A DNA stretch of 64,000 nt from Escherichia phage ECP2301. The stretch is taken from the sequence record OR880646.1, one strand, 5' to 3'. Shown here one piece after another: positions 31,180-43,271 of the stretch. Made by a program: the position numbers and the translations under genes. The notes under the pieces were generated by a model, which did no database searches, was not told where the DNA came from, and worked only from the letters and a program-made list of their open reading frames with translations. Within the stretch, counting starts at the first letter, position 1; every line of letters starts with the position of its first letter.

Positions 31180-31197
31180 GGACTCCCGAAGGAGTCC
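31180..31197 (-). terminator. rho-independent terminator downstream of 72 aa ORF
   Basis: GGACTCC-TTCG-GGAGTCC on - strand followed by T6. Confidence 0.7.
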
Positions 31198-31202
31198 TCA
31201 AC

Positions 31203-31421
31203 TTATGCTTTCTGCTTACCAAAACGAGAAGCATCATCTCGAAGAACCGCACGTGCTCGGCGCATGATCTTCTCAACAGTTTGATTGATACGAGAGTTCG
31301 ACCCACGCTTGTAGCCAGCGCGTTTAGAATCACCAACTTTCTTTTCAACTGCTTTCTTTGCTTTAGCTTGTTTTGCCATTATAAATTCTCTTTTAAATGA
31401 AAATGCAGGACTTATTGGCAT
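31203..31421 (-). CDS. hypothetical small basic protein
   Basis: 72 aa from ATG 31421 (no SD) or 58 aa from ATG 31379; Lys/Arg-rich; terminator downstream. Confidence 0.5.
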   Translation of the reverse strand: MPISPAFSFKREFIMAKQAKAKKAVEKKVGDSKRAGYKRGSNSRINQTVEKIMRRARAVLRDDASRFGKQKA

Positions 31422-31777
31422 TGCCTGCGCAAGCCCTCAAGGGGAACATAGGTTTTTGAATATTTAACGACCAGGATAACCATAAACCCGTCATCATACC
31501 TTATAGCTCTTATCTGTTGCACACCGTTAGCTTAAAGGTTCCGGGTTCGATTTCTCGAGGATAAGATATATACTGATGGATATATAGGCCTTGAGGCGTA
31601 CTCCCGATTGGCCATCACCTCGGGGTAGCATGCACTTGCCGCTATAAGAATAACATTCAAGAGGTACACCGTAAAACTGCCGGGGTCTTAAAACTATAAT
31701 GATTCGCAAATCATTAATCAGACAGTTCGACGGCTCCTCGTTTTAACTTCACACTAAGGCAGTGACTCTCCAATAAA
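31422..31777. other. 356 bp non-coding, GC-elevated, inverted-repeat-rich island between 30.9-position ORF and rIII
   Basis: no credible ORF; several GC stems (GCAGG...CCTGC, repeated CGGGGT, AATGATT-CGCA-AATCATT); tRNA-like fragments TAGCTC and GGTTCGATT. Confidence 0.5.
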
Positions 31778-32026
31778 TTACTTCAGTGTTACCACAAAGT
31801 GACGAACTGCTTTTCGTGCAGCAGAAGCCAGAGGCTTAGCATATTTAAGTTCATCTTTTTCCTGAAGCTCAGCAGCTAATGCAGTTTGAGCAGGATTCAG
31901 ATGTTTGAAATAACGCAGGATTTCAAGAGCTTCGGCTTCAACATCAATAGATGCGCCATAGTTTTCGTGACCATTATTCCATGCGTTTCGTTGCAGTTCA
32001 AGAGCGTGTTGTAATTGTTTAATCAT
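31778..32026 (-). CDS. rIII: lysis inhibition accessory protein rIII
   Basis: 82 aa, position between 31 and the 30.x cluster. Confidence 0.8.
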   Translation of the reverse strand: MIKQLQHALELQRNAWNNGHENYGASIDVEAEALEILRYFKHLNPAQTALAAELQEKDELKYAKPLASAARKAVRHFVVTLK

Positions 32027-32165
32027 TTAAAAATTCTCGTTAGAGATTAAAACTCGGTAGTCACGTTCTTCTGAATTTCATCTTCTTTCGACAGATCTCT
32101 CAGTTGTAGACTACCACATAGAATTGTTCGGTTAACTTATTATTCCGACACCCAATTCATATTAT

Positions 32166-32173
32166 TATTTATA
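32166..32173 (-). promoter_or_regulatory. candidate late promoter upstream of rIII
   Basis: reverse-complement TATAAATA abutting gene 31 stop, ~140 nt upstream of rIII. Confidence 0.4.
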
Positions 32174-32509
32174 TCACTTATAAAGACACGGAATAGCTTT
32201 ATAGTGACAGGTAACGAATTTTTGTTTAATTTCTTTTGGCTGCTTAAGACCCAGAGCTACAAAAGGATGCGGAACGTTTCGAATTTGACCAACTGGAAGA
32301 GAAGTCAAATCACCAACTTCACAGAAACCTTCAGGAACATCAGGACCAACAGAGTGAACTACACACAGTTCAGGAACTTCACCTTGAACACGTTTACCGA
32401 TAATAAGTCCTGATTCTGTAACTTCTTCATCACCGGCTTGTGCAGGTTCAGAAACTAAAATAACATATTCACCGACAGCACGAATTGGTAGCTGTTGTAC
32501 TTCAGACAT
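32174..32509 (-). CDS. 31: GroES-like co-chaperonin for capsid protein folding
   Basis: 111 aa, position and length as T4 gp31. Confidence 0.9.
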
Positions 32510-32565
32510 CGTTTTTCCTTTTTGTTAACAGATGAATTAATAATAACAAATAATTCTTAAAGCAT

Positions 32566-32874
32566 TTATTTACCAATAAATTGGAGCAAATGCTCAACTT
32601 TCATACCATTAACGGAAATCAATTTGTCAATAGAAAAACCTCGCCATGCACCGAGTTCAACATCAAATACTGGAATCATATCAGTAGATTCTTTCCGAGC
32701 AGATTCAGTCAATTTACCAGTTTGCATGGTTGGCATAAAGTCCGCATCGCGAGTACCTTTCATAGTACGAATAGTGCCATCAGACTTTTCAAAAACTACG
32801 TTTGAAATACCCATGGACAATTTAGTTTTCAAAATTTCACGAATTGCTACTTTCTGTTCAGTTGTCAGTTTCAT
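32566..32874 (-). CDS. 31.1: hypothetical protein
   Basis: 102 aa ORF. Confidence 0.6.
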   Translation of the reverse strand: MKLTTEQKVAIREILKTKLSMGISNVVFEKSDGTIRTMKGTRDADFMPTMQTGKLTESARKESTDMIPVFDVELGAWRGFSIDKLISVNGMKVEHLLQFIGK

Positions 32875-33111
32875 TTATTTACCTATCACAGTTTTAATAT
32901 GAGTTGTTCCACGTTCTTTAAGAGTGGAAAGCAATTTTTGGCATTTTTCTAAATCAGATTTCCAACTATACGGTCTATCAATACAAACCCATTCTGACTT
33001 ATAATACTGCTTCCATTTAGAGAAAAAATATTTCTTATACTCTACAGCAAATGAAATGTTCTCGTTAGAATAAGAACTAATTGCTGTGAGCTGTACCAAA
33101 CGAAATTTCAT
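32875..33111 (-). CDS. 31.2: hypothetical protein
   Basis: 78 aa ORF. Confidence 0.55.
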   Translation of the reverse strand: MKFRLVQLTAISSYSNENISFAVEYKKYFFSKWKQYYKSEWVCIDRPYSWKSDLEKCQKLLSTLKERGTTHIKTVIGK

Positions 33112-33692
33112 TATTCACCACAGAATTCGTTGATATTTTCCCAGTTTAACTTATTCAAGTTTTTCTTAGGAACATTAAACACTTCAATACCCGCATTTCG
33201 CAGAATATCATCCCAGCCAGGTTTATTTTTATCATATGTTTCGCAATAAACCAGCTTTTTAATACCAGATTGAGCTATCGCTTTTGCACAATCTGGACAA
33301 GGAGAAAGTGTTACATACATAGTAGCACCTTCAATTGAAGAACCATTTCGTGCAGCAAACAAAATTGCATTTAGTTCAGCATGAATTTCATTTTTAGACG
33401 ACCATTCGGAGTGAGCGCTACGGTGTTCTTTCGCTAAGACAAAACGATCAGTTGAACCAAACGATACGCATTCAGGCTTATGACCTTGAATGATAGTATG
33501 TTTAGGCTTATTCAGCAACCAACCTTGCTCAGCAGCATAATCACAACAGTTCACACCACCTGCAGGTGAACCATTATATCCAGTAGAAATAATACGTCCA
33601 TTCTTTTCAATTACTGCTCCTACTTTCCAGGAGCAACATTTTGATTCTTGTGATACTAAATATGCAATTTGAAGTACTGTACTCGCTTTCAT
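33111..33692 (-). CDS. cd: dCMP deaminase
   Basis: 193 aa; zinc-binding HAE...PCxxC deaminase motifs (HAELNAIL, SPCPDCAKAI). Confidence 0.9.
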   Translation of the reverse strand: MKASTVLQIAYLVSQESKCCSWKVGAVIEKNGRIISTGYNGSPAGGVNCCDYAAEQGWLLNKPKHTIIQGHKPECVSFGSTDRFVLAKEHRSAHSEWSSKNEIHAELNAILFAARNGSSIEGATMYVTLSPCPDCAKAIAQSGIKKLVYCETYDKNKPGWDDILRNAGIEVFNVPKKNLNKLNWENINEFCGE

Positions 33693-34027
33693 TTCATAAT
33701 CACCAGATAAGCAGATTTAGCAGTTTCAACACGATAAATTTCGTGACGAAGTTTAGTTATACTTTTAATAACAGAACTAATTATATTCTGCCCATCTTTA
33801 AAGCGGTTTTTCTTATCAATAAAAATTGCGCCAACCATCTTTTTGTGAAGCTCAACTGGATACTTCGTCACAATAATAGCATCATACACAGAAGGATGAA
33901 TACTATTCACTAGAGTGTCATTCATTAAAGTTATTCTAATGAACTGTGCTGTTTCAGAGTCAAGCGCTCTATGATCGCCAGTATCATTTTCAAGACAATT
34001 ATCAATTATATCAGTTAAATTCATCAT
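33689..34027 (-). CDS. hypothetical protein (cd-pseT cluster)
   Basis: 112 aa ORF. Confidence 0.55.
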   Translation of the reverse strand: MMNLTDIIDNCLENDTGDHRALDSETAQFIRITLMNDTLVNSIHPSVYDAIIVTKYPVELHKKMVGAIFIDKKNRFKDGQNIISSVIKSITKLRHEIYRVETAKSAYLVIMK

Positions 34028-34260
34028 AGTACGCCATACACCCTTTGTGCTTCAACTAATCCATCAAAATCCAATTTAAGATGTGTTATTTGGTCACCAT
34101 CGCCTGGATTCACAATTACTAATACTGAACGAGGAGTTTCGGTAATAACACAAACCGATGTTTCAGGAAATCGTTCAGAAACCTTATTTACCAATTCCTG
34201 AGCAAATAGTTTAACTTTTTCTTGGAATTCTTTAACAGTAATTGGTTTTTCACTTAGCAT
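34024..34260 (-). CDS. hypothetical protein (cd-pseT cluster)
   Basis: 78 aa ORF. Confidence 0.55.
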   Translation of the reverse strand: MLSEKPITVKEFQEKVKLFAQELVNKVSERFPETSVCVITETPRSVLVIVNPGDGDQITHLKLDFDGLVEAQRVYGVL

Positions 34261-34781
34261 GTTGATCCCAGCTCCTTACTTTCAACGTTTTTAACTAATT
34301 TGACAGAAACTAATTCGGCATCTTGTGTAATCATTACCGGGCCTTCTTTATACTCTTCAAGATATTCTAGAGCTTTCTTTTTAGCTTCTTCCTTCGTATC
34401 AGTTTGAGCATAGATATAAAACATGCAACCAGTAATACCTACTACTTTCCACTTAATTTCTTTATCAGTTTTAATTTCAAATTTACTGACAGAATCATCT
34501 TTTTGAACTTCTTCGAAAAAAGAATATTCTAGCATATAAGCAATTGAAAATAACGGGCTAACTTTATAGGATTCGCCCATTACATCAACAGCTTTATACC
34601 AACAGTCATCAATTTCGCGTTTAATGCTAATAACATTTTTCGCAGGATCTATTTTTACTTTAAATGAATTTTCCCCAATAAATTGAGCAATTCGTTTATT
34701 AGCCCCACAAGTTTCATTAAAAATATCTTTATATCCAGCTTTAAAGCGATAAACCTTATCTTCTTCAAACCATTCGCTCAT
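34254..34781 (-). CDS. hypothetical protein (cd-pseT cluster)
   Basis: 175 aa ORF. Confidence 0.6.
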   Translation of the reverse strand: MSEWFEEDKVYRFKAGYKDIFNETCGANKRIAQFIGENSFKVKIDPAKNVISIKREIDDCWYKAVDVMGESYKVSPLFSIAYMLEYSFFEEVQKDDSVSKFEIKTDKEIKWKVVGITGCMFYIYAQTDTKEEAKKKALEYLEEYKEGPVMITQDAELVSVKLVKNVESKELGSTC

Positions 34782-34812
34782 TTCAATTTCCTCATTTGTT
34801 TTTGGTAGAGCT

Positions 34813-34842
34813 ATAATATCACAACTCTACCGTAAAGTAAAC
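34813..34842 (-). promoter_or_regulatory. early promoter (GTTTAC, 18 nt, TATTAT)
   Basis: between cd-cluster ORFs; flanked by inverted repeat GGTAGAG...CTCTACC. Confidence 0.5.
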
Positions 34843-34844
34843 TA

Positions 34845-35120
34845 TTAAATTGCTTTGAATTCTGATGTCTGCGATTCAAAACGAATATCGCCTTTGATGA
34901 CTAGCTCAGCATCAAGACCGAATACGACAATGATATGCGCGGAACCTGGATACAGCGTAATGGCAATAGAATCCACCTGGTCTGGAAGCAAAGTGTTCAA
35001 TACATGAGTCACTTGAGCATGAATTCGAAGCTCAGCTGCGTTATCAAGCTTTTCAAACATATTATTAGCGATAATTTGGCTAAACACTACTTCTACGATT
35101 TTAGAATAAGTCGGAAACAT
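34845..35120 (-). CDS. hypothetical protein (cd-pseT cluster)
   Basis: 91 aa ORF with early promoter upstream. Confidence 0.55.
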   Translation of the reverse strand: MFPTYSKIVEVVFSQIIANNMFEKLDNAAELRIHAQVTHVLNTLLPDQVDSIAITLYPGSAHIIVVFGLDAELVIKGDIRFESQTSEFKAI

Positions 35121-35122
35121 AT

Positions 35123-35323
35123 TTACCTCACATAATTTTCTTCAAGCCAATCAATAACATCCAACGCATTATCAAAAGTTGAACCATCTACTTTGTCTTC
35201 TGTTTCATAATCAAGAACATCTAAGCCTACTCTTCCATCAACAATAGGCCATAAACAAAATAGATATTTCTTTTCTTTTTCAATTTTATCACAAAGTCGA
35301 TAAATCTTTTCTATGTTATTCAT
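35123..35323 (-). CDS. hypothetical protein (cd-pseT cluster)
   Basis: 66 aa ORF. Confidence 0.5.
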   Translation of the reverse strand: MNNIEKIYRLCDKIEKEKKYLFCLWPIVDGRVGLDVLDYETEDKVDGSTFDNALDVIDWLEENYVR

Positions 35324-35512
35324 AAGTTTTCCATGGTAAAGGCAGTTTAGTTTTCTTTACTGTTAGTTCAACATCAGGATTCTTTTCTCTTAATTTAAGG
35401 CATTCCTCCCAAGCTCTGATTTCACTAGTGAATACACAAAATTGCCCATTACTAGTACCAACTAAACCACTATTTACAATAACAATAGACCAAGTTTCAT
35501 GATGCCACGCCA

Positions 35513-35513
<1 letters not shown>
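35316..35513 (-). CDS. hypothetical protein
   Basis: 65 aa from ATG 35513, which overlaps pseT stop; ORF-track start 35543 would overlap pseT by 31 nt. Confidence 0.45.
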
Positions 35514-36738
<1,225 letters not shown>

Positions 36739-36972
36739 TTATTTTTCCTCAACCAATGATTGAATATAATCATGCAGGTCTTTAGATGCTTTACCCCACT
36801 TATTTTGGTATTCATTTTTAAGATTAGCACGTGATTGAGCTAATAAAACATCATTAGTTGGAGGTAAAGATTCTAATCGTTGAATCTGGCGTCCGTAAAT
36901 CATTGCAGCCATCTCGGATTCATAAATCAATCCTTTGAGATGTTCAAATTGATGCCATGAAATCATTTGCAT
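36739..36972 (-). CDS. hypothetical protein
   Basis: 77 aa ORF. Confidence 0.5.
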   Translation of the reverse strand: MQMISWHQFEHLKGLIYESEMAAMIYGRQIQRLESLPPTNDVLLAQSRANLKNEYQNKWGKASKDLHDYIQSLVEEK

Positions 36973-37262
36973 TTATCCTCTTTTAACTCTTGGCGATAAT
37001 AACATATCATAGTTTTCTGATCATGTACATATCGTTTTACATCATTAAGCCAAATACGAAATTCCTGGGAATCTTCGAATGGCATACCGACCCAAGCTTT
37101 ACCATCAATACCTTTAACTTGCCAGGATAGTTTAGCTTCATCATATGACTTTATTTGTACTGGCCAATTAGGATGAACTGTTTCTTTCTTTACTTCTAGA
37201 GGCTTTGTCGAACAACCAACTAGAAGACCAATAGATAATATTACTGCTGATAGTTTAATCAT
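36963..37262 (-). CDS. pseT.2: outer-membrane spanin (o-spanin) lipoprotein
   Basis: 99 aa; signal peptide with lipobox LLVGC; 4-nt overlap with upstream i-spanin. Confidence 0.7.
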   Translation of the reverse strand: MIKLSAVILSIGLLVGCSTKPLEVKKETVHPNWPVQIKSYDEAKLSWQVKGIDGKAWVGMPFEDSQEFRIWLNDVKRYVHDQKTMICYYRQELKEDKCK

Positions 37263-37612
37263 TTAGAAAGGTCCTGGATGTCTTCTGCGAACTTGTTGAA
37301 GGAGTTGTTGATTTGTTTTTCAACCAATCCTGGCTTATGAGCCACCACATCCGCCTTCTTTGCGTCTTTGCGCAGTTTTTCATTTTCACGCTCAATAGCA
37401 GCAATTGCCTCACGATTTTTATTATTCATCGCATCAATATAATTATACTGAATTCGCAAATTATTTAATGCTAAAGCGTTTTCATTGGCCGTTTTTGTAA
37501 TTTCTACAACAGACGTTTCTAATCTTTCAATTTTATTTTTTAAAATTAAAGAAGTTCCGCCCAATGCAATTACAATTAATAGCAAACCTGTTGTCGTATT
37601 ACTTAATTGCAT
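37259..37612 (-). CDS. pseT.3: inner-membrane spanin (i-spanin)
   Basis: 117 aa; N-terminal TM helix (GLLLIVIALGGTSLIL) followed by coiled-coil-like periplasmic domain. Confidence 0.7.
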   Translation of the reverse strand: MQLSNTTTGLLLIVIALGGTSLILKNKIERLETSVVEITKTANENALALNNLRIQYNYIDAMNNKNREAIAAIERENEKLRKDAKKADVVAHKPGLVEKQINNSFNKFAEDIQDLSK

Positions 37613-38109
37613 AAAGTTTTAATAACCTCTATAATATCGTCTTGAGAAAGACCGTTAATTAAAATATGATGTTCAGCCGGAGATTTAGAAATTTTAAAGC
37701 ATGCCTCAACATCTTCTGCCATATCCGATGCGCTACGATTTGGATTACTAATTCCAAGACGATGTTTTCCCGTCAAAGGATTAACGATGATATAGCATTT
37801 ACAGTTATTAATATGAACATTAGGTTGAGTCTGATTAATGAATACATCACAATCATATTTCGCAAGCTGATTTTCTAAAAAGACTTTCATCTCCTCAACT
37901 GCATCAGGAAGCATATCACGGGCTTGCTCAAGACGACGATTTCGATATTCTTTAATGGTCGTTTTCCGCTTGACTTGTTTAGCTAAATCTTTCTTAAGAT
38001 CGGTGATATATCCAACTCGACGATTTCCTTTAAATACAGAAATCCCATCTGTAGTATCACCGTATGCTTCAACGACCATCTCAGTAGTAATAAGCTGCAA
38101 ATCCATCAT
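37603..38109 (-). CDS. alc: Alc, inhibitor of host transcription (positional assignment)
   Basis: 168 aa ORF between rnlA and the spanins, with early promoter and GAGGA SD. Confidence 0.7.
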   Translation of the reverse strand: MMDLQLITTEMVVEAYGDTTDGISVFKGNRRVGYITDLKKDLAKQVKRKTTIKEYRNRRLEQARDMLPDAVEEMKVFLENQLAKYDCDVFINQTQPNVHINNCKCYIIVNPLTGKHRLGISNPNRSASDMAEDVEACFKISKSPAEHHILINGLSQDDIIEVIKTLCN

Positions 38110-38113
38110 AAAG

Positions 38114-38167
38114 TCCTCATGTTATGTCAGTAAGATTACTATAACACAACACGAGGGACTTGTAAAC
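38114..38167 (-). repeat. 54 bp exact repeat, copy B (early promoter + leader + SD)
   Basis: identical to 22136-22189. Confidence 0.9.
38138..38167 (-). promoter_or_regulatory. early promoter (GTTTAC -35, TGtTATAGT extended -10) for alc
   Basis: inside 54 bp repeat copy B. Confidence 0.6.
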
Positions 38168-38170
38168 AGC

Positions 38171-39757
<1,587 letters not shown>

Positions 39758-39758
<1 letters not shown>

Positions 39759-39790
39759 AATAAAATGGGCCTTGCGGCCCACTCCTTAAA
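39758..39790 (-). promoter_or_regulatory. denA ribosome-binding region with hairpin between SD and AUG
   Basis: mRNA sense TAAGGAGT-GGGCCGCAAGGCCC-ATTTTATT-ATG: GGAG SD, 14 nt hairpin, then start codon. Confidence 0.45.
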
Positions 39791-40955
39791 AATATTTTTT
39801 AAAACTCATCATAACTTTATCATCAACATCATTATCAATCTGTGCTACAAGGTAAGATGACAGTTCTACTTCTTGTGGCGCGGATTGAACATTATCAGAA
39901 TTAAGATATTCACGAATCCAAGGATACGGATGTTTAACCGGAGCATCGGTAATTGGGCATGGAAGACCACACTGTTTCATACGAGATACAGTTAAGTAAT
40001 CAATAAAGCTCCACATGCTATTTGTATTTAATCCAGGAACATCGCCATCTTTAAATAAATGAACTGCCCAGTCTTTTTCTTGACGGTTAACTTCCATGAA
40101 AATATCAACTGCTTCTTGTTCACACTCTTGGGCAATTTTAACCCACTCATCACCATCAGTGCCAAGTTGAAGTTGACGAATAATATATTGGGTGCCTTTA
40201 AGGTGAAGCTGCTCATCACGTGCAATGAACTTCATAATCTTGGCATTACCTTCCATGATTTCCATGTTTTTATGGAAGTTAAAGGTACATGCGAAAGATA
40301 CATAAAAACGAATAGCTTCCAATGCGTTGATTACATGAAGGCAAAGATAAAGAGATTTCATTAGTGCTCGTTTAGTACATTCAACAACTTTGCCTAACTC
40401 TTCTTTACGAAATCCTTCTGATAAAATTCCTTCATAATCTTCAACAGCATTCTGATATTCACGAGTTTTAACTAGAACATCATCGTAGTAGCGACCAATG
40501 GACTCGGCACGTTTCATAATATCTTCATCTAATACAATCTCATCAAATACCTTTGACGGATCAGTATAAAGATTTCGCATAATATGAGTGTATGAACGGC
40601 TGTGAATAGTTTCACTAAAAGTCCATGTAGCAACCCATGTATCAAGGCTTGGGTCTGAAATTAATGACATAAGTACAGCAGACGGTGCACGACCCTGAAT
40701 GCTATCTAGAAGTGATTGATACTTCAAGTTATTAGTAAAAATATCTTGCTGATACTGGGGAAGCTTGTTAAATTGTGCAGCATCCATCATCAAGTTTACT
40801 TCTTCAGGACGCCAGAAAAATGATAATTGCTTTTCGGTTAAATCTTCAAAAACTTTATGGCGTTGAATATCATAACGCGCAATACCAAGACCTGAACCGA
40901 AGAACATAGGTTCTTTTAAAACATCAACTGGATTTGTATTAAAAACTGTGCTCAT
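39786..40955 (-). CDS. nrdB: ribonucleotide reductase small subunit, uninterrupted
   Basis: 389 aa continuous ORF. Confidence 0.95.
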   Translation of the reverse strand: MSTVFNTNPVDVLKEPMFFGSGLGIARYDIQRHKVFEDLTEKQLSFFWRPEEVNLMMDAAQFNKLPQYQQDIFTNNLKYQSLLDSIQGRAPSAVLMSLISDPSLDTWVATWTFSETIHSRSYTHIMRNLYTDPSKVFDEIVLDEDIMKRAESIGRYYDDVLVKTREYQNAVEDYEGILSEGFRKEELGKVVECTKRALMKSLYLCLHVINALEAIRFYVSFACTFNFHKNMEIMEGNAKIMKFIARDEQLHLKGTQYIIRQLQLGTDGDEWVKIAQECEQEAVDIFMEVNRQEKDWAVHLFKDGDVPGLNTNSMWSFIDYLTVSRMKQCGLPCPITDAPVKHPYPWIREYLNSDNVQSAPQEVELSSYLVAQIDNDVDDKVMMSFKKYF

Positions 40956-41006
40956 AAATTTTCCGCTTAGTTAATAGATAGTGACTCGTCCGTGAGTCAA
41001 ATTATA

Positions 41007-43271
41007 TCATAATTTACAGGATGAACAATCTTCAGCTTTTGGAGTTTCTATTTCATAATCATCAGTACCAGAACCGTCACGGGTATTATGATAATAGAAA
41101 TTTTTTCCGCCAAAATACCAAAAATACAAAAGGTCATCAATCATTATTGACATTGGAACCTTTCCTTTTGGAAAAATCTGCGGGTCATAATATGTATTCG
41201 CTGAAGCTGATTGACATACCCATTTAAGCATAATAGCTACTTGCGTAAGATAAGGTTTATTACCTTTCTTAGCTAATTTCCACGTATAATCATAGAGGTC
41301 TATGTTATGCTCAATATTGGGCACGACTTGATTAAAGGAACCCTCTTTTGATTCTTTAACAGAGACTGGTCCACGTGGAGGCTCGATACCGTTTGTACTG
41401 TTAGAAACTTGGGAAGATGACTCACATGGCATAAGTGCTGATAATGTGCTATTACGGATGCCAAAGAGCTTAAGGTCTTCCCGCAGCGACGACCAGTCAC
41501 AAACGTATTTTGGAGCTGCGATTTGGTCAATCTTTTTATTGTACCAGTCGATAGGTAATTCGCCTCGAGACCAACGAGTGTCTGAATAATATTCGCAAGG
41601 TCCTTTTTCTTTGGCGAGCTTAATGGATGCTTTAATGAGTCCATACTGTAATCTCTCAAATAGTTCATGTGTTAAATCGTTAGCATCTTCATAAGAAGCA
41701 AAATTACTTGCCAGCCAAGCTGCATAGTTAGTAACACCTACACCAAGGTTTCGACGCTTTTTAGCTTTTTCTGCTTCAGGAACTGGATATCCTTGGTAGT
41801 CCAAAAGATTATCAAGAGCACGAACTTGGACTTCTGCCAATTCATTAATTTTATCTTGGTCTTGCCAGTCAAAGTTATCTAACACAAATGCAGATAATGT
41901 ACACAATCCAATTTCAGCATCAGGACTATTCACATCATTTGTTGGAATAGCAATTTCACAGCACAAGTTGCTCTGACGAATAGGTGCCTTTTCACGAATA
42001 AACGGAGTATAGTTATTCGTATTATCTATGAACTGTACATAAATCCTTGCTGTTCCTGAGCGTTCAGTCATGAGTAATTCAAACAGTTCACGGGCTTTAA
42101 TACGCTTTTTACGAATATTAGGGTCTTTTTCTGCGGCTTCGTATAATTCACGGAAACGGTCTTGGTCTTTAAAATAAGAATAATAAAGCTCGCCACCCAT
42201 TTCATGCGGACTGAACAAAGTAATGTAATCGTTCTTTCCGAATCGTTCCATCATTAGGTCATTCAGTTGAACGCCATAATCCATATGACGGATACGGTTT
42301 TCTTCTACGCCTTTGTTATTTTTCAAAACGAGAAGATTTTCAACTTCCAAATGCCAAATAGGATAATAAGCAGTAGCAGCGCCGCCACGAATTCCGCCCT
42401 GTGAGCATGATTTAACTGCAGTCTGAAAATGTTTCCAAAAAGGAATAACACCAGTATGGCGTACTTCACCTGTGCCAATCTTAGAACCTTCGGCACGAAT
42501 CATACCAACGTTAATACCAATTCCAGCGCGTTTGGAGATATATTCAACAATTGAAGCAGAAGCCTTATTGATAGACTTTAATGAATCACCTGCTTCAATA
42601 ACAACGCATGAACTAAACTGCCGAGTTGGAGTACGGCAACCAGCCATAATAGGAGTTGGTAATGAAATCTGTCGAGTAGATACTGCTTCATAAAAACGAA
42701 TAACGTGTTTTAATCTATCAACAGGTTCATCTTGATGCAATGCCATTCCAATAGTCATAAATGCAAACTGTGGAGTTTCATAAATTTGACCAGTGGTTTT
42801 ATCTTTAACTAGATATTTTTCTTTTAATTGCATCGCCCCGGAATAAGTAAATTCCATATCCCGCTCGTGCTTAATTTTTGATTCTAAAAATGTAATTTCT
42901 TCGGCAGAATATTTTGACAACAATTCAGGGTCGTATTTACCTTCATTTACACAGTAAGAAATATGGTCAATAAATGAACGTGGTTCATACTGCCCGTAAA
43001 CATGCTTACGAAGAGCGAACATTAAACAGCGTGCAGCTACATATTGATAATCAGGCTCTTCAACTGAAATAGAATTCGCAGCAGCCTTAATTACAATGGT
43101 TTGAATGTCATCAGTTGTCATTCCATCACGGAGATATGATTTAATATTTTCATATAATTCATAAGGATCTACAGATGTTCCTTCAGCTGCCCAAGATAAA
43201 ACTTTAATAATTTTTTGCGGGTCAAAGCTCTGAGAAACACCACTACTTTTGATAACATTAATTAATTGCAT
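41007..43271 (-). CDS. nrdA: ribonucleotide reductase large subunit
   Basis: 754 aa ORF. Confidence 0.95.
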   Translation of the reverse strand: MQLINVIKSSGVSQSFDPQKIIKVLSWAAEGTSVDPYELYENIKSYLRDGMTTDDIQTIVIKAAANSISVEEPDYQYVAARCLMFALRKHVYGQYEPRSFIDHISYCVNEGKYDPELLSKYSAEEITFLESKIKHERDMEFTYSGAMQLKEKYLVKDKTTGQIYETPQFAFMTIGMALHQDEPVDRLKHVIRFYEAVSTRQISLPTPIMAGCRTPTRQFSSCVVIEAGDSLKSINKASASIVEYISKRAGIGINVGMIRAEGSKIGTGEVRHTGVIPFWKHFQTAVKSCSQGGIRGGAATAYYPIWHLEVENLLVLKNNKGVEENRIRHMDYGVQLNDLMMERFGKNDYITLFSPHEMGGELYYSYFKDQDRFRELYEAAEKDPNIRKKRIKARELFELLMTERSGTARIYVQFIDNTNNYTPFIREKAPIRQSNLCCEIAIPTNDVNSPDAEIGLCTLSAFVLDNFDWQDQDKINELAEVQVRALDNLLDYQGYPVPEAEKAKKRRNLGVGVTNYAAWLASNFASYEDANDLTHELFERLQYGLIKASIKLAKEKGPCEYYSDTRWSRGELPIDWYNKKIDQIAAPKYVCDWSSLREDLKLFGIRNSTLSALMPCESSSQVSNSTNGIEPPRGPVSVKESKEGSFNQVVPNIEHNIDLYDYTWKLAKKGNKPYLTQVAIMLKWVCQSASANTYYDPQIFPKGKVPMSIMIDDLLYFWYFGGKNFYYHNTRDGSGTDDYEIETPKAEDCSSCKL

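Noticed and set aside
31094-31348. 84 aa - strand ORF overlapping the 30.8/30.9 junction
   Set aside because: Runs through a terminator hairpin and an early promoter and overlaps the 72 aa ORF in another frame; no SD.
31497-31575. Possible tRNA gene suggested by GGTTCGATT and TAGCTC motifs
   Set aside because: No 5 bp T-stem, no acceptor-stem complementarity and no anticodon arm could be folded on either strand; at most a remnant.
31527-31709. 60 aa ORF on the - strand inside the GC-elevated non-coding island
   Set aside because: Starts at TTG, no Shine-Dalgarno, and the product is Arg/Gly/Ser-rich low-complexity typical of a random frame through GC-rich sequence.
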